Below, piece by piece: positions 17,563-25,440 of a stretch of 45,883 nt of DNA (positions are counted from its first letter, which is position 1; each line of letters begins with the position of its first letter). Under the pieces are notes generated by a model, which was given only the letters and a program-made list of their open reading frames with translations, ran no database searches and had not been told where the DNA came from. The position numbers and the translations under genes were made by a program. Source of the stretch: an uncultured Candidatus Saccharibacteria bacterium (GTDB lineage: Bacteria > Patescibacteriota > Doudnabacteria > UBA920); NCBI GenBank assembly GCA_964561655.1, contig CAZLQG010000002.1, positions 1 to 45,883 on the forward strand, read 5' to 3'.

Positions 17563-18006
17563 TTACCTTATAAGTAAACCATATATGTCATCCACGCTAA
17601 AACCACTGTTTGATCTGGGGGCGAATATCATTGCGCCAGCGACTTTCCCCTGTAAAACTGCAACCGGCTGTTTATAAGCCAAGCTGACTTCAGATCTTTC
17701 CAGGCCTAAAAACTTAACCACCCCGCTCTGCTGTGCAAGCCATACCAGATTCTCGCCATAAACCTTATAATCAACTGCTAAAGGCTGGATAAAATTTGCA
17801 GAAAGAAAATTACTGTAGCTTTGAGCCACGTTGTCCACTACGGCTACCACTTTCTCCGGACTGAACGGGTCGGGAATGCTTGCGTAAGTTCCGGCTAAAC
17901 TTGCGTCAGTCGCCGAAACGGCAAACAGGAACGCAAAACTAAAAAGTGCCGCGCCCACCAAGGACAAAACTTTTTCTGGAGTCTCTTTGATTAAAAATTC
18001 CGACAT
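17563..18006 (-). CDS. membrane-anchored hypothetical protein
   Basis: 147 aa with N-terminal hydrophobic helix LVGAALFSFAFLFAV. GAGGGA SD-like element upstream. Confidence 0.6.
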   Translation of the reverse strand: MSEFLIKETPEKVLSLVGAALFSFAFLFAVSATDASLAGTYASIPDPFSPEKVVAVVDNVAQSYSNFLSANFIQPLAVDYKVYGENLVWLAQQSGVVKFLGLERSEVSLAYKQPVAVLQGKVAGAMIFAPRSNSGFSVDDIYGLLIR

Positions 18007-18131
18007 CGTACTTTCCCTCGCTAATAATTTTCAAGCCAAACCTTTTTACTAGCAAAAGAAGCATGCGCGCACGGACGCTCCTTTGTGCCAATAAACAAAA
18101 TTCGCTTTTTATTTAATTGTTTTTTGTTTTT

Positions 18132-18457
18132 ACCCTGTCAAATCCCACCGAAGGCGGGGACCCACAAAGTGGGTCATTTAACAAGGTGAATATTTTTTGT
18201 TTCTTTACAAGAAAGTTTCTCCGGTCCCGTTAGAGTTTTGTAACTACGTCATTAGATTATTAACAGTCTTAGTAATAAAAACTGTCAAATCAAAACTCAA
18301 CATAGTTCCAAAACTCTAACGGGATAAACCGGAATCGACCTTTATCCAGCACTAATTTAAAAAAACAACCCCTAGGGCCCTTGGCCCAAAGTTGTTCCCT
18401 TTATAAAAAACCCAAAATGTTTTTTGTTTCCTAAAATCAGCGCTGGATGAACCTTCT
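18132..18457 (-). ncRNA. candidate structured RNA or long structured 5' leader (three modules)
   Basis: Lies downstream of a strong promoter. The modules are 18344-18448, 18221-18332 (16-bp perfect stem) and 18132-18188. Several stem mismatches become G.U pairs only on the minus strand. Confidence 0.4.
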
Positions 18458-18463
18458 ATATCT

Positions 18464-18492
18464 ATTATAGCACAAATTAAAAAATTTGTCTA
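18464..18492 (-). promoter_or_regulatory. strong sigma70-type promoter
   Basis: Minus strand reads TAGACA (18492-18487), 17 nt, TGcTATAAT (-10 at 18469-18464). Confidence 0.65.
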
Positions 18493-18573
18493 TAGATCAG
18501 ACAAACTTTTTAAGCATCCCTAATTTTTAATTTTTGACGATTAAAAAAATTAAAAAACAAAGAAAGTATAAAA

Positions 18574-19770
18574 CTATTTCATCTTCTTACGGATAAACGC
18601 CGGGATATCCAGTTCGTCTTCCTCTTCATTGCCTTCCGTCTCGTCCATGGTTTTAATCACCGGCGCAGGTTTAGGGCTAAATAGAGGCTTCCTTGCCTCA
18701 CCAGGTGGTGTTTGAACGGGCCTTGTAAAAATTCTTGGTTCTGCCGGCTGTGGCCTTTCTTCCTCTCCAAGTCCCATAGAAATTTGGTTTGGGCGTTTGT
18801 TAGATTCATCAAAACCCGTGGCAATTACCGTAATGCGCACTTCATCGCCCAAAGATTCATCTATTACCGCGCCGAATTTAACCTTAGCGTCGCTGTCTAT
18901 GCTCTTGGTAATAACCTTGGCCGCCTCGTCTATTTCAAACATTCCCAAATCTTTGCCCCCGGTGATATTAAACAGCACGCCTTGGGCGCCTTCAATGTTC
19001 ATCTCCAGCAAGGGCGAGCTTATAGCCGCCTTCGCCGCTTCCACCGCCCGGTTGTCGCCGCTGGCCCTGCCAATACCCATTAAAGCCGTACCCGCGTCTT
19101 CCATAATGCTTTTTACGTCCGCAAAGTCTGCGTTTACAATGCCATGGGTGGTGATAAGGTCGGAAATTCCGGAAATGCCCTGCCTTAAAACCTCGTCCAC
19201 GGTTTTAAAAGCATCAATCAGAGATGTTTTTTTGTCAATAATCTGTAGAATCCGGTCGTTATGGATGGAAATGATTGCGTCTACCTTATCTTTTAGATGA
19301 TCGTACCCGACTTCCGCGACTTCTCTTCTTTTGCTGCCTTCAAAAGTAAATGGTTTTGTAATAACCGCCACGGTGAGCACGCCTTGATTTTTTGCAAGTT
19401 CGGCAACTATCGGCGCCGCGCCCGTGCCGGTGCCGCCGCCAAGACCGCAAGTTAAAAACACCATGTCCGCGTTTTCCACCACCTCTTCCAGCTCTTCAAT
19501 GGATTCCTCCGCCGCCTGCCGCCCGAGCTCAGGGTTCATCCCGCTTCCAAGCCCGCGCGTGGTGTTTTTCCCAATATGCACTTTTCTGTCAGAGTGGTTA
19601 TTGTGCAGTGCCTGCGCGTCGGTGTTAATAGCAATAAATTCCACTCCTTTAATCCCCAAGGTTGTCATACGGTTAACCGCGCTGGTACCGCTCCCCCCTA
19701 TTCCCAGAACTTTGATTCTTGCGAAAGTTTCAATTTTCGGTTTGACTTCCATATGTTTGGATTTTCCCAT
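18574..19770 (-). CDS. ftsZ: cell division protein FtsZ
   Basis: 398 aa with GIGGSGTSAVNRM and tubulin signature GGGTGTGAAP. Confidence 0.98.
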   Translation of the reverse strand: MGKSKHMEVKPKIETFARIKVLGIGGSGTSAVNRMTTLGIKGVEFIAINTDAQALHNNHSDRKVHIGKNTTRGLGSGMNPELGRQAAEESIEELEEVVENADMVFLTCGLGGGTGTGAAPIVAELAKNQGVLTVAVITKPFTFEGSKRREVAEVGYDHLKDKVDAIISIHNDRILQIIDKKTSLIDAFKTVDEVLRQGISGISDLITTHGIVNADFADVKSIMEDAGTALMGIGRASGDNRAVEAAKAAISSPLLEMNIEGAQGVLFNITGGKDLGMFEIDEAAKVITKSIDSDAKVKFGAVIDESLGDEVRITVIATGFDESNKRPNQISMGLGEEERPQPAEPRIFTRPVQTPPGEARKPLFSPKPAPVIKTMDETEGNEEEDELDIPAFIRKKMK

Positions 19771-19860
19771 AAATAGATTCCTGTAAGTTTAAAGTAGTAA
19801 AGATAGTTTAACTCATTATAACATAAATTATCTTAACCCAAAATATCTGAAAAGGCAAAA

Positions 19861-19901
19861 GCCCCGCCCTTTGATCCGCCTATCGGCGGAAAAGGCGGGG
19901 C
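19861..19901 (-). terminator. terminator between ftsA region and ftsZ
   Basis: GCCCCGCC...GGCGGGGC stem with an inner CCGCC/GGCGG hairpin. On the minus strand it is followed by CTTTTGCCTTTT. Confidence 0.55.
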
Positions 19902-19933
19902 TTGTTGGGTTGTTCACAAATAGGTGCTTAAAT

Positions 19934-20131
19934 TTAAGCCACTGTTTTTAAAGATGGATCTCTCGTTTCTTGCTCTAAGACCTGTTTTATTTCTTCCACA
20001 GAGGCACCGGGCCACAAAACCAAATTATCTCTGTCGTCAAAACTTGATCGGCCATGAGATGTGTCAAAAGCCACAATCATACAAAAATCTCGTTTAACCA
20101 AATATCTTGATTTTGCCAATTTTGATTCCAA
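19934..20131 (-). CDS. doubtful small ORF
   Basis: 65 aa from a TTG start (48 aa from ATG 20080). No SD and no motif; kept only because it fills the ftsA-ftsZ gap upstream of a terminator. Confidence 0.25.
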   Translation of the reverse strand: MESKLAKSRYLVKRDFCMIVAFDTSHGRSSFDDRDNLVLWPGASVEEIKQVLEQETRDPSLKTVA

Positions 20132-20181
20132 GCTTTAAATAAGAGGGTCTTTTGAAAATATTTTAACTGTTTCTTATAGCT

Positions 20182-21438
20182 TTATGGCAAAAAAGATTTC
20201 AACCAATTTTTTACTTTGGAAAAAACTTTGTGCGAAAAAATGTTTTTGAAAAATGAAGTAATCTGCCCCGCGCTGAAGCCTCCCCTTTGGCCGAACTTAC
20301 CGCCCCACAAAACTAGCCCCACGGCCGTGGCAAAGGCCGGGTCATCTACTCTATCTATCACAGTTATTATGTTCTGGGGCCTGCCCAAAGATACGGGCAG
20401 TTTTAATTCTTTTTTGGCAAACTCCAAAATCCCCGGCAATTTGCTTCCCCCGCCGGTTAACACCACGCCGGAGGGAAGCTTGCCCGCGCGGTCTATTTTT
20501 TTAAGCTCTTCATTCACATGTTCAAAAATTTCTTCTAATCGGGCTTCTATAATTTCCGCCACATGCTGGCGCGAAGTTTTTTGCGTTTCTTCACTGTCTA
20601 GTTTGGAAAGGTCAATTTCTTCCGTCTTGCCGATTTCTTTGGGACTGGCGTGGCCAAAGGAAACTTTAATCTTTTCCGCTGTTTCAATGCTGGTCCTCAG
20701 GCCAATGGCAATATCATTGGTAACATGCATGCTGCCTATAGGCAAAACCGCGGTGTACAAAAGGTCGCCTTCTTCGTATACGGCCAGGCCCGTGGTGCCC
20801 GCGCCTAAATCCACCAATGCCACGCCCAAATCTTTCTGACGTTTGCTTAAAACGCTTTCTGCCGCGGCGCAGGAAGTCAAGACTAAATCCTCAAGCTCCA
20901 GTCCCGCCTGCATCACCGCCCGGCTTAGATTGCGCACAAACGGCAGTCCGGCCTGCGCAATTATGCTGTCTACTTCCAAACGGATGCCCGTCATCCCAAG
21001 CGGATCTTTTATGCCAGTCTGACCGTCCAGCGTAAAAGTTTTAGGGAATACATGCAAGACTTCCCTGTTCGGCGGGATGGATATTGCCTGCGAAGCATCT
21101 ACCGCCCTAACAATATCGCTTTCGGAAATTTCCCCGTCCGCGCGGCTCACCGCGATCACCCCGTGGGAAGCGACAGAGCTTATATGATTACCCCCAATGG
21201 CAACGTTAGCCGAGGCTATAGGCACGCCTGTCATTCTTTCGCACTTTTCCAAGGCGGTAGAAATGGAAGACACGGCTTCCTCAATGTCAACAATACTGCC
21301 ACGCCTAATGCCGACTGATGAAACTTCGCTGATGCCGACAACGCTGACCTCTTCGGTCTCGGGCGTAAATTTGGCCTGCACCACGCGAATGTTCGCAGTG
21401 CCAACGTCTAATCCTGCAATGTAAGTTTCTTTAGGCAT
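20182..21438 (-). CDS. ftsA: cell division protein FtsA
   Basis: 418 aa, actin-like: DVGTANIRVV, ALVDLGAGTTGL and VLTGGGSKLPG. Confidence 0.95.
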   Translation of the reverse strand: MPKETYIAGLDVGTANIRVVQAKFTPETEEVSVVGISEVSSVGIRRGSIVDIEEAVSSISTALEKCERMTGVPIASANVAIGGNHISSVASHGVIAVSRADGEISESDIVRAVDASQAISIPPNREVLHVFPKTFTLDGQTGIKDPLGMTGIRLEVDSIIAQAGLPFVRNLSRAVMQAGLELEDLVLTSCAAAESVLSKRQKDLGVALVDLGAGTTGLAVYEEGDLLYTAVLPIGSMHVTNDIAIGLRTSIETAEKIKVSFGHASPKEIGKTEEIDLSKLDSEETQKTSRQHVAEIIEARLEEIFEHVNEELKKIDRAGKLPSGVVLTGGGSKLPGILEFAKKELKLPVSLGRPQNIITVIDRVDDPAFATAVGLVLWGGKFGQRGGFSAGQITSFFKNIFSHKVFSKVKNWLKSFLP

Positions 21439-21557
21439 AGTTTTATTTTATCAACCCCATCTAACAGCTTTATAAGTCTTAAATTATAAATAACAAATTA
21501 CAAAATTGAAAATTTTAAAAAATTGAAAATTTGGATTTTGTTTGGCATTTATCATTT

Positions 21558-21600
21558 ACCCGCCCGCAACGACTTCGTCGTAGCGAAGTCGGGCGGGTAA
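21558..21600. repeat. REP-like GC-rich palindrome
   Basis: TACCCGCC-cgcaa-CGACTTCG-tcgtag-CGAAGTCG-GGCGGGTA lies just downstream of the yqeY-like gene. No U-tract follows it. Confidence 0.6.
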
Positions 21601-21609
21601 TTTGGAATT

Positions 21610-22050
21610 TTATTTCAAAAGTTCTTTAAGCAGCTTTGCAAGCGTAGCTCCGTCTACCGTTGAGCCTACTTTTGCTTTTAATACTCCCATGGCTTTGCCA
21701 AAATCTTTTTGGGTAAAACCGTTCTCCGCAATCACGCTACTTATGATTGGGCCTAATTCTTCTTCTGAAAGCTGCTTGGGAAGATATTTTTCCAGGATAC
21801 TTACTTCCTGAGTTTCCTTTTCCGCTAATTCCGGCCGGCCGCCCTGCATGTAAACGGCAGCAGCTTCTTTGCGTTTCTTGCTTTCCGACCTTATCAGCAC
21901 CACAATTTCTTCTTCGGACAAATCTTTGCCTTTGGCGATTTTTTCATTGGCGATCCTGGTTTTAAGCCCGCGCAAGACATCTACCGCGACCTTTTCTTTT
22001 GCTTTAATCGCAGCGGTTAAATCCTGTTCTATTTGCTGTAATGAAATCAT
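21610..22050 (-). CDS. GatB/YqeY domain protein
   Basis: 146 aa. The sequence, and its position directly after rpsU as in the Bacillus rpsU-yqeY pair, fit the YqeY family. Confidence 0.8.
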   Translation of the reverse strand: MISLQQIEQDLTAAIKAKEKVAVDVLRGLKTRIANEKIAKGKDLSEEEIVVLIRSESKKRKEAAAVYMQGGRPELAEKETQEVSILEKYLPKQLSEEELGPIISSVIAENGFTQKDFGKAMGVLKAKVGSTVDGATLAKLLKELLK

Positions 22051-22133
22051 TTATAATCCTAATGCCCCGAATTAGTATCCGAATGCCCCAAGTGTCTCCT
22101 TTTGGGTCATTTGAATAAATATTCGGATTATGT

Positions 22134-22367
22134 CTATCTCCTCCCATATCTCTTTATAGGTTTTAAATATTTTTTCTGCTCTTCCTTCTCCGCCCTAATT
22201 TGCGCTCTGCGCCTGGCCGCTACTTTCTGCAGATTTCTGGATTTGGGCGACGTAAAAAACCGGATTTTGCGCGCGCGCACTAAAACGCCGCTCTGCTGGA
22301 TTTTGCGGTTGAAGCGGCGCAGCAAACTTTCGAATGATTCATTTTCTTTTTTTTTGACTTCTACCAA
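22134..22367 (-). CDS. rpsU: 30S ribosomal protein bS21
   Basis: MVEVKKKENESFESLLRRFNRKIQQSGVL... TTG start with GGGGTGA SD. Confidence 0.9.
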   Translation of the reverse strand: MVEVKKKENESFESLLRRFNRKIQQSGVLVRARKIRFFTSPKSRNLQKVAARRRAQIRAEKEEQKKYLKPIKRYGRR

Positions 22368-22541
22368 AAAAGGTCACCCCTTTCTTCTTAAAAAATATAA
22401 TGTAAATCTTAAAAAGCTTAATTTATTATAATAGTTTTTCCACTTAACGTCAAACTTCTGTCATTCCCTACTAAAGTACTAAAAAAATACGAAAATACTA
22501 AATTTTGTACTTTCGTATTTTTTCGTAATTTCGTAAGGGTG

Positions 22542-22877
22542 TTATTCCGGCAGTTTCTTACCGCCGAGCAAATGCAAATGCAAATGCGGAATTACCTGTC
22601 CGCCGTCCCTGCCGACATTGAAAACTAATTTGTAACCGGTTTCCGATACCCCAAATTTTTCTGCCATCTGTTTGGCAACGTAAATCATTTCTCCAACCGC
22701 GGACTTGTCTAAATCCTCAATATGATTAACGGACATTATGTGTTTTTTAGGCACTATAAGCAAATGCACCGGGGCTTTGGGCAAAATATCCCGGATAACG
22801 ATTAAGTTCTCATTTTCAAACAAAACCTCGGAATCAATGGTTTTATTTACAATATTGCAGAATACGCAGTCTTCCAT
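22542..22877 (-). CDS. HIT-family (histidine triad) protein
   Basis: 111 aa with HLHLHLLGG triad. Confidence 0.9.
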   Translation of the reverse strand: MEDCVFCNIVNKTIDSEVLFENENLIVIRDILPKAPVHLLIVPKKHIMSVNHIEDLDKSAVGEMIYVAKQMAEKFGVSETGYKLVFNVGRDGGQVIPHLHLHLLGGKKLPE

Positions 22878-22960
22878 AGTTTAGTTTTAAAGTTAATAAA
22901 GTTGAAAGTCCATAAAGCACTTTAAAACTTAATAACTTTACGAACTTTTTATTCGCTCGG

Positions 22961-24265
22961 CTATTTGCCGAGCCTCTTCTTTACCTCTTCTACTATCTTA
23001 TCATAAGATATAACTTCTTGCATCCCGGATTTCACATCCCGCAAAATTACCATTTCATCCATCGCTTCTTTTTGGCCCATTATCAGGGCAACCGGCACTT
23101 TAAATTCCTGCGCCTGCTTAAGCTGGTTTTTAACTCCCCCTTCGCCAAAATGGTCATGGACTGAAATTTTTTCATTGGTTAAATCCCTAAACAGCCGGAG
23201 GGATTTTTTGGCAGCCAGTTCGCCCAAAGGCACCAAAAAAACATCCGTACGCTTTTGCCGCTCAACTTCAATCTTCTGCGACTCCAGTAATTCATGGAAT
23301 CTGCTCAAACTCCCCGTAAACCCAAAACAACAAAAATTCTTGTTGCAAACGCAGGCCATTAAATCATCATGGTAACCACCTTCGCCCAAAATTGCCATCT
23401 GCCCTTTAAACTTATGTTTGATGGAAAAATTGGTTTTGCTGTAGCCTTCCGGCCCCACATGCAAAGGGTTAAGCTGATAAGGCATTCCTAGTTCGTCTAA
23501 GGCCTCCAAAATATTCGTAAAATGCTTGTGCGAGTCTTGGTCCAAGAAATCCAAAATCGTCGGCGCTTCGCTGACTGCGGCTTGGCAATCTAAATTAGGG
23601 CAGCGAAACACATTCAAAACCCTGCCCGCAAGGTGCTCGTTGCAGGAATCACACAAGTCATACTTTTTACTGTCCAAAAAATCCAACAGGCTTTCGCTGT
23701 AAACTCGCTGGCATTCAGCATTGCCGATATTATTAATTTCTATCATGGCTTCATTAAGACCCAAAGATAAAACGAATTCCCAGACCGCGCCTATAACCTG
23801 CGCCTCGCTTAAATGGTTAAAAGTGCCGAAAATTTCAAAACCAAAATTGTAATCGCTGATAAGGGTTTTGCCGCCCCAGTCTTTTTTTACTGCAAAACCC
23901 TGGTATTGCCACTTGCTCATCGGCACCTGCTCATATATCTTATTTTGAACGTAAGTCCTTAAAACCGAAGGCAGAAGACTGTCGCGGATTGCCGCAACTT
24001 TTGAAGGAGCTTCCAAGACCAAAAGCCGCTGCAGATTTTCAGGCGCGGTTTTATAAACATTCTGGTATAACTGATGGCCTTCAAGTAGCGGAACCTCCAC
24101 TTTATGGAAACCATAAGTCTTGGAAATCTGGCTGAGTTTTCCCAAAAGCAGATTCCATAAAATATCCGTTTCCGTACTGATACTCGCCAAACCTTCCAAG
24201 CTTTTCACCTTTTTGCTTGTATTTATGGGAACCTCGAACGGATTGTTTTTTCTAGGCCTGCCCAT
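22961..24265 (-). CDS. histidyl-tRNA synthetase-like protein with degenerate catalytic motifs
   Basis: HisRS-type anticodon-binding domain (DVFLVPLGELAAKK...VALIMGQKEAMDEMVILRD). The class II core is present, but motif 2 and both His motifs are replaced. Start ATG 24265; the track start 24298 is TTG. Confidence 0.6.
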   Translation of the reverse strand: MGRPRKNNPFEVPINTSKKVKSLEGLASISTETDILWNLLLGKLSQISKTYGFHKVEVPLLEGHQLYQNVYKTAPENLQRLLVLEAPSKVAAIRDSLLPSVLRTYVQNKIYEQVPMSKWQYQGFAVKKDWGGKTLISDYNFGFEIFGTFNHLSEAQVIGAVWEFVLSLGLNEAMIEINNIGNAECQRVYSESLLDFLDSKKYDLCDSCNEHLAGRVLNVFRCPNLDCQAAVSEAPTILDFLDQDSHKHFTNILEALDELGMPYQLNPLHVGPEGYSKTNFSIKHKFKGQMAILGEGGYHDDLMACVCNKNFCCFGFTGSLSRFHELLESQKIEVERQKRTDVFLVPLGELAAKKSLRLFRDLTNEKISVHDHFGEGGVKNQLKQAQEFKVPVALIMGQKEAMDEMVILRDVKSGMQEVISYDKIVEEVKKRLGK

Positions 24266-24388
24266 ATATTTTTTAAAATCCCAAGTTCCAAAAACCAATA
24301 TCCAAACAAATTCTAAATTTTAATATTTATTAAATGATTGAAATTTGGTACTTGTTTGGTTCTTGTTGTTTGATTATTGGCTCTTATA

Positions 24389-24991
24389 TTAATATTCCGG
24401 CGATGACGGCCACCCGAACTGGCTGATTGGAAATACCCTCAGCCATACTTTGCCGACAATATCATCTTTGGGGAGAATTCCCCAAACTCTGGAATCGCTA
24501 CTGGCCGTCCTGTTGTCGCCCAGAACATAATACTCGCCGCTTCCAAGCTGAACTGATTCGGACCTGCCTAAGGTTTGTCCCTGACTTACCAAATAAGGTT
24601 CTTTCAATTTAAAACCGTTGGAGCGCTCCTTATTTACTATCACCACGCCCCCCTGCTCAAACTTTACCTGTTCTCCGGGCAGTCCGATTATCCGCTTAAT
24701 AAAATACTGGGAAGTATCTTTGGGGAATTTTAACACAACTACGTCGCCCCTTTGCGGCTCAGAAAAAGTATAAGATATCCTATCAATTATTAAATAATCC
24801 TTGTTATGAAAGTTGGGCACCATTGAAGAACCGGAAACCACGAACGGCTCGGCCACCAGCCACCTGAACGGAATAATGATCACCAATGCTATAATTACTA
24901 TCTTCACCAAATCCCAAAAAAATAGGACAATTTCCTTAAAAGGAGAGGTTTGTTTTTCTGGCGCTTGATTTTGGTTTCTTTGAGGTTCCAT
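24389..24991 (-). CDS. lepB: signal peptidase I
   Basis: GSSMVPNF (catalytic Ser box) and GDNRTASSDSR. Start set to ATG 24991; the track start 25057 is TTG. Confidence 0.9.
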   Translation of the reverse strand: MEPQRNQNQAPEKQTSPFKEIVLFFWDLVKIVIIALVIIIPFRWLVAEPFVVSGSSMVPNFHNKDYLIIDRISYTFSEPQRGDVVVLKFPKDTSQYFIKRIIGLPGEQVKFEQGGVVIVNKERSNGFKLKEPYLVSQGQTLGRSESVQLGSGEYYVLGDNRTASSDSRVWGILPKDDIVGKVWLRVFPISQFGWPSSPEY

Positions 24992-25143
24992 AGTATCGGT
25001 TAGCTTTAAAAAATAATATAGATAGTAATATTGTACAAATTTTTCTCTATCGGTCAAGAAGAGTATAAATAAACTAATGACAGATAAATGATTACTGATA
25101 ACTTATCTGGTGGTCGCACCTGGACTTTCACCCCCACACCAAA

Positions 25144-25218
25144 TGGTGGACGGTGCAGGATTTGAACCTGCGGCCCTTGCAATGTGAATGCAATGCTCTA
25201 CCGCTGAGCTAACCGTCC
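25144..25218 (-). tRNA. tRNA-Val (anticodon CAC), CCA encoded
   Basis: Hand fold: GGACGGT-TA-GCTC-AGCGGTA-GAGC-A-TTGCA-TTCACAT-TGCAA-GGGCC-GCAGG-TTCAAAT-CCTGC-ACCGTCC-A-CCA. Confidence 0.95.
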
Positions 25219-25440
25219 AAAAACCATTTGGTGTGGGGGCAAGACTGCCTGCCCGCCGCAGTCCCGATATCTCACGGGCACGAAGGCGGGAACTATGCGA
25301 CCAAATATTCAACGGCTCATTAGTGCTGGGTAAAATATAACACTCGCGGAAAGCTAAATCAAGGGCCAATTTCAGGCTTAACTTAACAAAAAATATAAGA
25401 TATAATATCTAAGCAAATTCATGAAAGATTTGATTATCAA

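Noticed and set aside
18221-18332. Small SRP (4.5S) or 6S RNA in the long hairpin
   Set aside because: The shape is a long hairpin, but the apical region lacks the conserved SRP domain IV sequence. At 112 nt it is too short for 6S, and no central bubble motif is recognisable.
25103-25369. 88-aa ORF
   Set aside because: It is read straight through tRNA-Val and its GC-rich flanking helices, so it is spurious.
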